Assembly: GCA_947627295.1 (NCBI GenBank)
Contig: CANQVJ010000004.1
Location: 70,951-134,950 of the forward strand
Length of the DNA: 64,000 nt
DNA from: an uncultured Clostridia bacterium
Lineage (GTDB): Bacteria > Bacillota > Clostridia > TANB77 > CAG-508
Reading direction: 5' to 3'
In this document: one piece after another, positions 1-11,071 of the stretch
Layout of the letters: each line of letters begins with the position of its first letter
Position numbering within the stretch: the first letter of the stretch is position 1
Program-made: the position numbers and the translations under genes
The notes under the pieces: model-generated
What the model was told of the DNA's origin: nothing
Database searches by the model: none
Seen by the model: only the letters and a program-made list of their open reading frames with translations

Positions 1-1746
1 GGGTCCTCTTTTTTTAGTTTCTCTAAAACTTCAACATCAGTAGAATAGCCACTCTTAGTTTTCTTTATAACTGGCAAATTCATTTTTTCAAACAAAATCT
101 CTCCTAGCTGTTTTGTAGAATTAATGTTGAATTCCTCTCCTGCCATTTCGTAAATTATATTTTTTACTGTTTCGATTTTTTGAGTAAGCTCTACACCGAA
201 GGTTTCAAGTTCAGCTTGATCAACATACATACCGTTCCATTGCATGTCTGAAAGCACTTCGACGGTTGGCATGTCGATTTCATTAAATAATTTTACAGCC
301 CCTACTTCCTCTAATTCTTTGAAAGTGCTTTTTTGAAGGTCGTGAACCTCTTTTGCTGAAGCATTTTCCATGCTATCATGCTTCTCAGTAGGGTTTAATA
401 TGTATGAAGCAATTAAAACATCATAGGCCATGCCTTCCAATGTTATATTATTTTGCTTTAATAAAATATATTCTCGTGTGAGATTTCTTCCGGTTTTCTT
501 GATTGCCGGATTTTCAAAAATTTCCTTCCAGCCTTCTAAAGTTTTGCAATAATACTCACGGTCCAAAAATACCTTTATTCCAACGATTTCTTCTTTTATA
601 ATTAATTCATTATTCTCAACTTTTTTAGTGTCTAAAACAAATGTAAATTCATTTACATCTTTTAGCTTACTTGCTGAAATTTCAGGAATTTCTTCTTTTG
701 GCTTTGAAAATTCTAAGTCTGAAAACGAAAGCTGACCGGCTGACTTCTTTATTATTTTCTGATACATCTTCTGATTTTAAATCAAATCTTTCAATATATC
801 TTTTGAAATTAAGTTTTTGGAAAAGTTCTAAAACCTCTTTTTTATTCCACTCTTCTACTTTAAAATCTTCGAGGGTGTGGTCGATTGGAACCTCTAAATT
901 AATGGTTCCAAGGGTTTTAGATAAAAATGCCAAATCCTTATTTTCAACAATTTTCTCGCGTTGCTTTCCTTTTAAATCATCCTCATTTTTTTCAATTTTT
1001 TCATATAGATTTTCAATTGAACCATATCTTTGAATTAGTGATAGAGCTGTTTTTTCTCCAACACCAGGAACCCCAGGAATATTATCAGAACTATCACCTT
1101 GCAAGCCTTTTACATCTTTTAACTGCATTGGCTCTATTCCATACACTTCTAAAACTTTGTTTCTATCAAAATTGTCGGTTTCTGTCTTGCCACCTTTGGT
1201 TCTAGGAATTCTGATTGTAACCTTGTTGGTTGCAAGTTGGAAGGTGTCTCTATCGCCTGAAAGAATAATAACATCAAGACCTTGCTCCTCTCCATATTTG
1301 GAAAGAGTGCCAAGTACATCGTCTGCTTCATAACCTTCTTTTTCAACAATATCAATATTCATTGCGCGCAAAACATCTTTTATGATTGGCATTTGCTGAG
1401 CCAGTTCATCGGGCATGCCTTTGCGGTTTGCCTTATAGCCCTCATACATTTTGTGCCTTGCGGTTGGCGCCTTTAGGTCAAATGAAACAACTAAATATTT
1501 TGGGTTTGTGTCTTCAATTAGCCTAAACATTATTGCTAAAAAACCGTATATTGCGTTGGTGTAAAGGCCGTTGCTCGTCATTATTGCTCTTCCGCCAATT
1601 CCATAAAAGGCTCTATTCATAATACTATTTCCGTCTATTAAAACTAATTTATCCAAAAAAATCACCTCATGTATTTTCTTTCTTAATACTATCATAAAAG
1701 CAGATAAATTACAATAATTTATCCGCCTTTTATAAAGTTTCCCCAA
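1..1746 (-). CDS. polA: DNA polymerase I (5'-3' exonuclease domain plus polymerase domain; 3' part of the gene runs off the window start). A single-base frameshift lies near 735-745 at CCGG
   Basis: ORF 682-1746 has 5'-3' exo motifs (GDSSDNIPGVPGVGEKTA). Minus-strand translation of 1-735 in another frame gives polymerase-domain sequence (WNGMYVDQAELETFGVEL, EIFENPAIKKTGRN). The two frames overlap at gtcagccggtcagc. Confidence 0.85.
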
Positions 1747-2409
1747 CCGGGAGTTTCCCAGTTTGGTTCAGATTCGAATTTTAAAATTTCTTTTGTTACA
1801 GGGTGTGGGAATTCTAAACTGTACGCCCAAAGGGCCAGCTGCTTGCCCTTCCCCCTTGTTCCATATTTCTGGTCGCCAAAAAGGCTGTGCCCAATATTTG
1901 CAAATTGCACTCTTATTTGATGATGCCTGCCTGTTAAAAGTTTTACTTCCACTAAACTCAATTTGTTTTTTGGGCTTTCTTCCAAAACTCTATATTCAAG
2001 CTTTGCAAGTTTTGCATTTTTCTTGCTCTTATCAACCACTTTGCTGATATTGTTTCTTTCATCTTTATATAAATAATCTTCCAAAGTTCCTGATTTTTCA
2101 TCCATTATGCCGTCAACCACAGCTAAATATTTTTTATGCATTTGTTTTAACCTAACTACATTGCTAAGCCTTGAAGCTGCCTTTGAAGTTCTTGCAAAGA
2201 CCATAACACCCCCGAGTTGGCCTATCGAGCCTATGAACCAGCCCTAAGTAAACATTGCCCGGCTTTTTGTATTTTTCTTTGATGTACTCTTTTACAAGTG
2301 TTAGCATATCTTGGTCGCCGGTCTTGTCGGCTTGTGAAGGCGTGTTTGCTGGCTTTACTACAACAATTATTTGATTATCTTCATACAATATTTTCACTAT
2401 TTTTCCCAC
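1719..2409 (-). CDS. RluA-family pseudouridine synthase, frameshifted near 2204-2225 (cccccgag)
   Basis: ILYEDNQIIVVVKPANTPSQ, HRLDRPT, then in the other frame FARTSKAASRLS and GRHHQIRVQFANIGH. ORFs 2164-2475 and 1719-2204 join across the shift. Confidence 0.75.
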
Positions 2410-3254
2410 CTTCCATAAATTCCGCAAGGCAGAATTAAATCTGAATTTTGCATTGGAAGGCCAACTTCGCCACAACTGATTTTGCCAAAAGAAGGCATGT
2501 TCAATTTTAGTAAGTTTGCAAGTACTGTTGAAGAAATTCCCGTTGTATATGAATTAATCAAAACAAATAGCGGATTTTTTGATAGCACTTTTGTGCACAA
2601 TTTTATAAGCTCAGAAATATTATCTTCAAAGCGCCAAACTTCGCCTTTTGCGCCTCTACCATAAGAAGGTGGATCCATAATAATTGCATCATATTTGTTT
2701 CCACGCCTGATTTCTCTGTTTACAAATTTTACAACATCGTCAACTATGTACCTTACTTTTTTCTTTTCAAGCCCTGAAGATACAACATTTTCCTTTGCCC
2801 ATGAAGTCATCCCTTTTGAGCTATCTACATGACAAACTTCTGCACCTGCACTTAGGCATGCTACTGTTGCTCCGCCTGTGTATGCAAATAGATTTAACAC
2901 TTTTATTGGTCTTTTCGCATTTTTTATTTTTTCAATCATCCAATCCCAGTTTACAGCTTGCTCTGGGAAAAGACCTGTGTGTTTGAACCCCATTGTTTTG
3001 ATGTTGAAAGTTAAATTTTTGTAATGGACCTGCCACCTTTGTGGTACATTTTTATTAAATTGCCATGCTCCCCCACCCGACTTGCTTCTGTGGTAGGTTG
3101 CGTTTGCACTTTTCCAAAGCTCTGGGAAAACTTTTTCCTTCCAGATAATTTGTGGGTCCGGTCGTTCTAAAACAATATTTCCCCATTTTTCTAGCTTTTT
3201 TCCATTTGCCATGTCTAGTATTTTATATTCTTTCCAATTTTTTGCTACATTCAT
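2397..3254 (-). CDS. class I SAM-dependent rRNA (cytosine-C5) methyltransferase, RlmI-like, without a PUA domain
   Basis: LFAYTGGATVACLSAGAEVCHVDSS SAM-binding motif and DPPSYGRG motif, typical of the RlmI/YccW family. Confidence 0.65.
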   Translation of the reverse strand: MNVAKNWKEYKILDMANGKKLEKWGNIVLERPDPQIIWKEKVFPELWKSANATYHRSKSGGGAWQFNKNVPQRWQVHYKNLTFNIKTMGFKHTGLFPEQAVNWDWMIEKIKNAKRPIKVLNLFAYTGGATVACLSAGAEVCHVDSSKGMTSWAKENVVSSGLEKKKVRYIVDDVVKFVNREIRRGNKYDAIIMDPPSYGRGAKGEVWRFEDNISELIKLCTKVLSKNPLFVLINSYTTGISSTVLANLLKLNMPSFGKISCGEVGLPMQNSDLILPCGIYGRWEK

Positions 3255-3535
3255 TGCTTCAACCTTTCTTTTTAAACTTTTATTTCTAACATTAATTTAA
3301 AAAATGTACAAATCATCATTGCATTAACTGCTGAAAATATTATAAATGCTCCGTAAAGTTGCTAATAAATATTTGTTGTTTTTTGCATAAATCGAAATTT
3401 TATTTAGAATCTTGCTTTTCCAAACTTTTACCTTTTTCAAACTTTTGGCTTCAAGCGCCGCTTCTTCATTTGTATACATATAACTCCCCCTAACTATAAA
3501 TTTCTATATAGTATATGTTTTAGGGATTGATTATA

Positions 3536-5324
3536 TTACAAATTTTCTAAAATATTTTTTGCTAAATCTTCGGTGATGCCTTTAACTTCAGTTAGCTCCT
3601 GCAATTTAGCGTTTTTTATTTTTTCTACACTTCCAAAATGTTTCAAAAGAGCCTTTTTCTTAACATCTCCAATTCCTTTTATATTGTCTAATTCAGATTT
3701 TGTGATTTCTTTATTTCTTAACTTCCTATGGTAGCTAATTGCGGTATCATGCACAGTATCTTGGAAATTTGTAATTAGGTTTTTTAGGTTTTCAGAAAGT
3801 GGGAGTTCATTCCTTGCACTATCTATTAACGCTCTTGTTCTATGGTGATTATCTTTTACCATACCATATACCGGAATTTCTAAATTATATTTTTGAATTG
3901 CCCTTAAAATAGCTCTTATTTGTGTGATTCCACCGTCAGCAAAAATTGCATCTGGAAGTGCGCCGAACCCGCTACTTTCTGGATTTTCTACTGAATGTTT
4001 CAACCTTCTTGTAATAACTTCTTCCATGCATTTTGGGTCGTCTTGCCCATATACAGTTTTTATTTTAAATCTTCTTGATAGATTTTTTTTGATTGCACCG
4101 TCTTTTAGTACACACATGCCTGCAACCATGAATTCACCAGAGATATTTGAAATGTCGTATGTTTCGATTTTTCTTGGAAGGTGTTCCATTTGCAAAACAT
4201 TTTTTAGCTCCATTAAAATTTCTGATTTGTCTTTTTCTTTGTTTTCTAATGTAACTTTGGCGTTTTTCTCTGCCATTTCCACAAAGCGAAGTTTTTCTCC
4301 TCGTTTTGGACTCTGTAATTCCACTTTTTTTCCGGCTTGTGTGGATAACCAATTTTCAACAGTTTCTTTGTCTTCAATTTCTTCTTTTAGCATAATCTTT
4401 TTTGGTATATTTGGGTTGTTCATGTAATATTGTTTGATAAAACCTGAAAGTATTTCTTTATCTTCCATATCGCCAAGCTCTTGGTAGAAATAGTGCTCCC
4501 TTCCAATCATTTTGCTGCCACGCACAAAAAATATTTCAACACAAACCTGCAATTCTGATTTTGCAATACCAATTACATCAATTGTATTTTCATTTATGTT
4601 GGAAACTTTTTGTTTTGTGGAAACTCTTTGAATTGCAACAATTCTATCTCTTATTTCACTTGCCTTTTCATATTTTAATTCTTTTGAAGCCTGCTCCATT
4701 TCTGCTTTTAGAGCTTTAATAACTTTGTTTGTTTTTCCGCTCTAGCAAATCTTCAATTTCTTTTATTTGTTTGTTGTATTCTTCTTTATCAACATTTCCC
4801 ATGCATGGTGCTAAGCACCTGTTTATATGGTAATTTAAGCATGGCCTTGTTCTTTCTCTTAGAGTTTTGCATTGGCGTATTTTGTATTTTTGTTTTATGA
4901 AGTCAACCATTTCTTTTGCTGCCCCTGGGTTTGCATATGGTCCAAAATATTTTGAGCCGTCGTTTACAACTCTTCTTGTTGTGTATATATTAGGGTAGTC
5001 AGTGCGTTTGTCAACTTTGATGTAAGGGTAGGTTTTGTCGTCTTTTAATAAAACATTAAATTTGGGACGATGCTTTTTTATTAAGTTACATTCTAAGATT
5101 AACGCTTCTGCCTCGTTGTCAACAACTATGTATTCAAAGTGGTCAATAAGACTTACCATTCTTTTTATTCTCTCAGTTTTGTTGGTTTTTCTAAAGTATT
5201 GTCTTACTCTGTTTTTTAGAGAAATGGCTTTGCCAACATAAATTATTTTGTCGGTTTTGTCATGCATAATATATACACCAGGCTTATTTGGAAGCTTCTT
5301 CAACTCTTCTTCAATATTAAACAT
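3536..5324 (-). CDS. uvrC: excinuclease ABC subunit C, frameshift at about 4716-4730 (gagcggaaaaac)
   Basis: N-terminal GIY-YIG (PGVYIMHDKTDKIIYVGKAISLKNRVRQYF). UvrBC motif ASKELKYEKASEIRDRIVAIQ. C-terminal HhH (IKGIGDVKKKALLKHFGS). Two ORFs 4716-5324 and 3536-4699 are contiguous after a 1-nt correction. Confidence 0.9.
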
Positions 5325-5431
5325 ATTTTTATGTTGTTCTCCTTTTATAATTTACCTATTAATAAGATATGTATTTTCTTTGCTCTCGCTGGACGAAATT
5401 TGTAAAAGTGTGCCTGTATCTTGAACTATAA

Positions 5432-5538
5432 AAGAGGAGAAAGAAATATTTTCTGTAGCGACCGCTGTGGGGACCGAATTCGCACCGGATTATGTGCGAA
5501 TTTGGGAGGAGCAAAGAAAATAATTTCTTTCTTCTCTT
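5432..5538. other. GC-rich structured element. An imperfect 22-23 bp inverted repeat (AAGAGGAGAAAGAAATATTTTCT / AGAAAATAATTTCTTTCTTCTCTT) encloses a ~60-nt GC-rich core with an inner 10-bp hairpin (GAATTCGCAC-N8-GTGCGAATT, 5476-5502)
   Basis: read directly from the sequence, in the divergent uvrC/glmS promoter region. Its GC content contrasts sharply with the AT-rich surroundings. Confidence 0.4.
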
Positions 5539-5659
5539 AATTTTTTTTAATAATTATACCACAAATTTTCAATTTTGTCTTTACACTTTTTCAAATTTGT
5601 TATAATATTATAATATAGAATTTGAAAATACACAAAATCTTAAGAAAGGAGAAAATTAA

Positions 5660-5850
5660 ATATCTAGCGCCAGGACATTGCTTAACATAGTTTAAGAAAG
5701 GTTGACGAGGTCTAAAGTTTATCGAAAGATTCGGCGGATACTTTAGTGGCTTACACCTAAGTCATAGTATTATACAAAAACTAGCAGTAATGCTAAAACA
5801 AAATTAATACATAGGTTTTATTAGTGTGTTTTCGATTTTCTAAATAAAGA
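5660..5850 (+). ncRNA. glmS ribozyme (GlcN6P-responsive self-cleaving riboswitch) in the glmS 5' UTR. The predicted cleavage site is between A5666 and G5667
   Basis: AGCGCCAGGAC core, GACGAGG, and UUAUCGAAAGAUUCGGCGGAU match conserved glmS ribozyme P1/P2 core motifs. It lies immediately upstream of glmS. Confidence 0.85.
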
Positions 5851-5868
5851 AAATTGGAGGTAATACTA

Positions 5869-7704
5869 TGTGTGGAATAGTAGGTTATATTGGTACTAAG
5901 AAAGCCCGGGCCAATATTAGTAAATGGGCTTATAAGGCTTGAATACAGGGGGTATGATTCAGCAGGAATCTCTACAATTGAAAAAAACGGTATCTCCCTT
6001 ATAAAAGACAAAGGTCGTGTAAAAAACTTAGAGTCTCAAGCAGGACTTAAAGAATTAGAAGGAACAATTGGAATTGCTCACACTCGTTGGGCAACTCATG
6101 GAAAACCTTCAAAGGAAAATTCACATCCTCATATGGATAACAGCAAAACATTTAGTGTTGTTCATAATGGAATTATTGAAAACTTTGAAGCTTTGCGTGA
6201 AAGATTAAAAGGTTATGGTTATAAATTTTATTCTGATACAGATACAGAAACAATACCAAACTTAATACATCATTATTATAAAAAAGGTGGAATTGAAAAC
6301 TTCTTAAAAGCTGTACATGATGCATGTATGGATTTAAAAGGAAGCTTCGCAATAGAAGTTATTTGCAGTGATTTCCCTGATAATATGATTGTTGTTAGAA
6401 AAGATAGTCCTCTTGTTATTGGAAAAGCTGAAGGCGAAAACTACCTATCTTCAGATATTCCAGCAATTCTATCATTTACAAGAAACTTCTATCTACTAAA
6501 CGATTATGAGTTTGCAGTACTTTCAAGAGATAATATTGATTTTTATAGTAAAGATTTAGAGCCAATTGAAAAAGAAGTTCAAGCAATTGAGTGGAACGCA
6601 GTTGGTGCAGATAAAAATGGTTATGAAGATTACATGCTTAAAGAAATTTATGAGCAAGCTACATCTACTAGAGAAACAGTTGGAGCAAGATTCCAAACTG
6701 GAAAGCAAACCTCTTTTGATGAGCTTAACTTCACAAAAGAATATTTATCAAGTTTAAATAGGATATATATTGTTGCATGTGGTACAGCAATGCATGCTGG
6801 TCTTGCTGGAAAAATAGCAATTGAAAAATTATCTAAAATTCCAACAGAGGTTGACATCGCTTCAGAATTTAGATATCGTGACCCTCTTGTTGACGAAAAA
6901 ACATTGTGTATATTCCTTACACAATCAGGAGAAACAGCTGATACAATTGCAGCTCTTAAACTTTCAAAAGAAAAAGGAGCTAAAACATTGGCAATTTCAA
7001 ATGTTATAGGAAGCTCAATCACAAGAGAAGCAGACCTTACAATTTATACTCATGCGGGTCCTGAAATCGCTGTTGCTTCTACAAAAGCTTATACTTCTCA
7101 AGTAGTGCTAATGAATGTTCTTGCAATTTATATGGCTGAAGTATTAGAAAATAATGATCAAAAATATTTAGATAGTTTGAAACAAGACATTTTAGATTTA
7201 CCAGAAAAGGTTGAAGAAACTCTTAAGGTTTCAGAAAGTTTGAAAGGGTTCGCTCGTCAAGTTTTCCAAGAAAAAGATGTGTTCTACCTTGGTAGAGGTG
7301 TCGACTACGCAATTGCAACAGAGGGTTGCTTGAAATTAAAGGAAATTTCATATATACACTCTGAGAGTTACGCAGGTGGTGAACTAAAACACGGAACAAT
7401 TGCATTAATAGAAAAAGGAATTACAGTTGTTGGAGTTCTTACAGATAAAGAGTTGATTAAGAAAACTGTTAGCAATTTACAAGAAGTTATAACTCGTGGA
7501 GCTAAAACATTGATAATTACAAGTGATAAGGATTTAGATACTAGCTCATTTGATGTGGTATTAACAATACCAGAAACAAATTCATTTATCTCCCCTGTTA
7601 TTTCAGTAATACCACTTCAGTTGTTTGCATATTATGTTGCAAAAGAAAAAGGTTTAGATGTTGATAAGCCTCGTAACTTAGCTAAATCAGTAACAGTTGA
7701 ATAG
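5869..7704 (+). CDS. glmS: glutamine--fructose-6-phosphate aminotransferase, frameshift near 5900-5910 (gcccgggcc)
   Basis: MCGIVGYIGTKKA N-terminus with catalytic Cys1 at 5869-5907, then ORF 5890-7704 with RGYDSAGIS and the SIS domains. RBS GGAGGT sits upstream of the ATG at 5869. Confidence 0.9.
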
Positions 7705-7713
7705 ATTTTTAAA

Positions 7714-7743
7714 GGTGTGGATTAAATTCCACATCTTTTTTTG
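7714..7743 (+). terminator. rho-independent terminator of glmS
   Basis: TGTGGA-TTAAAT-TCCACA hairpin followed by a T-run. Confidence 0.6.
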
Positions 7744-7789
7744 CCCCCTAAAAAGGAAAAGAAGCCAGAATCCTGGCTTAATTCCAATG

Positions 7790-8173
7790 TTAGATTATTG
7801 CTACAATTATTAGCGCAGCAACTAAATTGCTCCATACAGGTTTCCACCCATATTCTTTTAAACCGTCTCCTATTTCATTGTACGTGCTTTTCATGAAATT
7901 GAAAAACATTTTTGCTGCTCCAACAATCAAAACGCTAATCGCTATAACTAAACTACTTACAATCACAGCTCCGATACTTCCGTTGCTTTTCGTTTTTTTG
8001 CCTCTCACCATCCGCAACATTATTGATATGAGAATTTTTGTTGCATATGTTGAAACTAGCAAAATTGCTAATGCAATGAATAATCCATTTCCAAACGCTT
8101 TTACTGCGCTACCATTTGCAGCTAACCACCCTGTTAATAAATTCTGTAATTTCATCGCTCCATAAACTAACAT
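7790..8173 (-). CDS. hypothetical small membrane protein with two hydrophobic segments
   Basis: ORF of 127 aa with two long hydrophobic stretches and no recognisable motif. Confidence 0.45.
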   Translation of the reverse strand: MLVYGAMKLQNLLTGWLAANGSAVKAFGNGLFIALAILLVSTYATKILISIMLRMVRGKKTKSNGSIGAVIVSSLVIAISVLIVGAAKMFFNFMKSTYNEIGDGLKEYGWKPVWSNLVAALIIVAII

Positions 8174-8329
8174 CTCTTTTCCTCCTTAAAATTTTTTACT
8201 TTGATGTTATCTTCCTCTTGCTAAAAAAGGATTTTCAAAGAACGTTTATCTATTACTATTATACCATATTTTACCGATTTTTTCAAACCAAGGTGATGAG
8301 AAATAGTTTAATAGTAGTAATATTAAATT

Positions 8330-8791
8330 TTAACAAGATTTTAATACATATAAAATGTGTGAACCTGTATCATAAAAATACAATATATAATAATAAAATT
8401 TTTCATATTTTTTTCCGAAGTTTCTGTTACTTTTATCATACAGTATAAAATAATCGTTCTCATCTATAATATCTTCATTAAAATCGTATTCGTCTAATCT
8501 ATCTTGTTTGCTTATTCTTTCTTTGTAATCATTATAATACAATTTTATTTCTTCAATATCTTCATTATTGACTTTACAATATAATGCATCAAACTCTAAA
8601 TCTTTTTCTGGATTATAATAATATTTATAATACTCTAAATAATGTTGAAATCCGTATTTATCTCCATAGGACTCTGTTTTTATATATCCTTTTATTATAT
8701 TTGTATCTTTTAAAAGATTGTCAAAAAGTAAAATCACAAACACTAATAGTATTATTATAAAAATAAACAAAAAAATTTTTGATTTCTTCAT
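8330..8791 (-). CDS. hypothetical N-terminally membrane-anchored protein, rich in Tyr/Lys/Asp
   Basis: ORF of 153 aa with an N-terminal hydrophobic anchor MKKSKIFLFIFIIILLVFVILLF. Confidence 0.45.
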   Translation of the reverse strand: MKKSKIFLFIFIIILLVFVILLFDNLLKDTNIIKGYIKTESYGDKYGFQHYLEYYKYYYNPEKDLEFDALYCKVNNEDIEEIKLYYNDYKERISKQDRLDEYDFNEDIIDENDYFILYDKSNRNFGKKYEKFYYYILYFYDTGSHILYVLKSC

Positions 8792-8935
8792 ATTTAACCT
8801 TTCATTATAATTTTCATTTTTTATGTTACCTTTTATTTATTCTATACTTTATTCTGTACTTTGTCCTGTACTTTGTCAATTATTTTCTGATTTTTTATTA
8901 GTTTTTTAGTAATAAAAAAGTGATAAATATATAAA

Positions 8936-8968
8936 ATAGCATATTTCAAAACCGCTGAAATATGCTAT
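8936..8968 (-). terminator. terminator hairpin downstream of tRNA-Met
   Basis: perfect 13-bp inverted repeat ATAGCATATTTCA-N7-TGAAATATGCTAT, with a T-rich tract following on the minus strand. Confidence 0.5.
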
Positions 8969-8989
8969 TTTCTGTATTTTTTATAATCA

Positions 8990-9066
8990 TGGTAGCGAAG
9001 GGGAGGATCGAACTCTCGACCTTTCGGGTATGAACCGAACGCTCTAGCCAGCTGAGCTACTTCGCC
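8990..9066 (-). tRNA. tRNA-Met(CAU)-type. It could equally be tRNA-Ile2 with a lysidine-modified CAU. CCA is encoded
   Basis: cloverleaf GGCGAAG / D-arm GCUCAGCUGGCUAGAGC / anticodon loop UUCAUAC (CAU) / T-loop UUCGAUC / CCA. G1-U72 and one T-stem mismatch. Confidence 0.75.
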
Positions 9067-9162
9067 ATATAAAACTTTTAACACTTTATTATTATACCCA
9101 TTATTGGGCATTTTGTCAAGAAAAATGCAAGAATTTTTAAGAAAAAACTAAATTCTTGCACT

Positions 9163-9492
9163 TTATCTAATCCTTCCTTCTCTTTCTTCTATATCTGGAT
9201 TTTCTTTAGATTTTTGACCACGCTCGTTGCTCTTTCCACTCTTACCAACTTTTCCTGGTTTATTTCCTGTTGCCTTTTTAGTATCTTTTCCATAAATCTC
9301 TTTTTCTAAATTGCTCAATATTTTATTAGCTTTATCTTCAATTTTATCACTATTAATAACCTCTTCATCGCTTCCAAATAAAGTTTTAAATAAAGATTTC
9401 TTTTCTTTTACTTTTAAAGATTTTTTAAAATCATTTTCCTTTTTAGACATATGGTTCACCCTCTTTCTTAGTGGCTCTTTTACTTCATCCAT
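9163..9492 (-). CDS. hypothetical small Lys/Glu-rich protein
   Basis: ORF of 109 aa, highly charged, no recognisable motif. Confidence 0.4.
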   Translation of the reverse strand: MDEVKEPLRKRVNHMSKKENDFKKSLKVKEKKSLFKTLFGSDEEVINSDKIEDKANKILSNLEKEIYGKDTKKATGNKPGKVGKSGKSNERGQKSKENPDIEEREGRIR

Positions 9493-9539
9493 TTACTATT
9501 ATACCACATCTTTCCCAAAAATGCAACTCTCCCAAATCA

Positions 9540-9890
9540 CTATATACTTAATTTGTATAATGTATATTGATTTAAGGATACCCCTTCTTTGTTTGCTTCC
9601 ATTGTTAATTTACAATGCAAAGATTTAGGAATACGAACAACAAATTTACCACTAAATCCATTTGCATTTATAGGCTTAGGAACTTTAAATCCACCTTCCA
9701 ATTTTGCTTCTATCCAACCTTGCATTGCCTCTTTTATATTTTGAAAAGCTTCTTCATATGTTTCTCCTGTACTTTGACATCCGTCAAATTCTAATACTCT
9801 CGCATAATAATAACAACCACTTTCATCTTTTATTTGTTGAATTATAAAATTATATGGTAAATCCATATATTCACTTACTTTCTTTTTCAT
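9540..9890 (-). CDS. hicB: HicB-family antitoxin (RNase H-like N-domain plus C-terminal ribbon-helix-helix)
   Basis: YYYARVLEFDGCQSTGETYEEAFQNIKEA HicB-like core and C-terminal SGKFVVRIPKSLHCKLTMEANKEGVSLNQY RHH. It is immediately downstream of hicA. Confidence 0.8.
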   Translation of the reverse strand: MKKKVSEYMDLPYNFIIQQIKDESGCYYYARVLEFDGCQSTGETYEEAFQNIKEAMQGWIEAKLEGGFKVPKPINANGFSGKFVVRIPKSLHCKLTMEANKEGVSLNQYTLYKLSI

Positions 9891-9906
9891 ATAATCACTC
9901 CCTAAA

Positions 9907-10134
9907 TTATTTATGTATTCTTTTTAATACATCTTTTACATAAACAGCCTTTAATGGATTTTCTTTCTTTATAGTTATAACATTACCTTTTGAATCAATA
10001 AATTGCCTGTGAGATGTTCCAGTTGTTTTTTTCATTATATATCCATTATATTCTAATACTTTTGCAAGTTCACTAAACTTTATACCATTGGGCTGTCTCT
10101 TCATCTTTTTGATTAGTTTCTTTAAGTTGGACAT
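9907..10134 (-). CDS. hicA: HicA-family mRNA interferase toxin
   Basis: 75 aa with a GTSHRQFIDSKGNVITIKKENPLKAVYVKDVLKRI HicA/YcfA motif. Confidence 0.8.
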   Translation of the reverse strand: MSNLKKLIKKMKRQPNGIKFSELAKVLEYNGYIMKKTTGTSHRQFIDSKGNVITIKKENPLKAVYVKDVLKRIHK

Positions 10135-10394
10135 TAAAACCTCCTTTTGTAAAATTGAAATGTCCTACTATTATAGTATCACATTTAATACTATTTTTCA
10201 ATATGTATTGACATTTCTTTTTTATTTTTTTGATTTTGTTCTTGAAATAGAACTTTTGAATTTTGAATAAAATTCATACTTGATATAATTTAATTAATGA
10301 TTTCAATTTTCAGATATAAATTATAACATAATAAAATTAAAAAATCTGTCGAAACTTGACAGACTTCTTAATTATTCTATTTATTTCTAAATTT

Positions 10395-11024
10395 TTATCT
10401 TTCTATTATTGTACCACAATATTCGCATCTATTTTCTTTTCCTTCTATACATTTATTTGTTGCTCCACAATTTTTGCATTTTACAATTGTTATTTGTTTT
10501 TTTGGCTCTTTAAATGCTGTATTATCTACATAGTTATTTGATACTATTATAATTTCATTATCTTCGTTAATGTATGTATTACTCATTTTATATTTATTTA
10601 ATTTTGCTATATCATCTATTACTTGTTCTTCCGTAATTCCCATTTTTCTTGATAATTCAGATAGATCTATTCGTTTTCTTATTTTTAAAATTTCTACATA
10701 CTTCTCATAGTACTTATATTTTTTATTTGTTTTCAAAGCAAAAATTGTACATACAATTGCTATCATTATAAATATAATTATAAGAGCTACATCTAAGCTA
10801 TCAAATGTTGAACCTGTATTTGCTGATAATCCGCAAAAAGCTAAAAGATAACAAAATATTGCTCCACTCCAAAGAGTATTTCTAATATTTTTTAATTTTT
10901 CATCATCATAAGCAAGTTTTCTATATAATAAGAATATTCCTACAGGCCATATAAAGATAAGTATTAAAATTATTACAGCCCATGAACTTGACTTCTTTTT
11001 TGAATTCTCCATATTTAATTGCAT
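10395..11024 (-). CDS. membrane protein with a C-terminal zinc ribbon and an internal HTH-like segment
   Basis: three hydrophobic segments, then IDLSELSRKMGITEEQVIDDIAKL, then C-terminal CKNCG...CEYCG. Confidence 0.5.
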   Translation of the reverse strand: MQLNMENSKKKSSSWAVIILILIFIWPVGIFLLYRKLAYDDEKLKNIRNTLWSGAIFCYLLAFCGLSANTGSTFDSLDVALIIIFIMIAIVCTIFALKTNKKYKYYEKYVEILKIRKRIDLSELSRKMGITEEQVIDDIAKLNKYKMSNTYINEDNEIIIVSNNYVDNTAFKEPKKQITIVKCKNCGATNKCIEGKENRCEYCGTIIER

Positions 11025-11071
11025 TCCTTTCTTACTTCATTTGTAAAGCACATCTAATTTTTTATTTTTAA

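Noticed and set aside
7790-8173. Small two-TM protein as a conjugative T4SS pilin (VirB2/TrbC-like) or holin
   Set aside because: There is only a superficial hydrophobicity pattern, and no relaxase, coupling protein, VirB4, phage genes or other T4SS components are nearby
8800-8990. Short repeated motifs TGTACTTTGTC x2 and the AT-rich tract upstream of the tRNA-Met terminator as a regulatory repeat
   Set aside because: There are only two short, imperfect copies in very AT-rich DNA, which is within chance expectation
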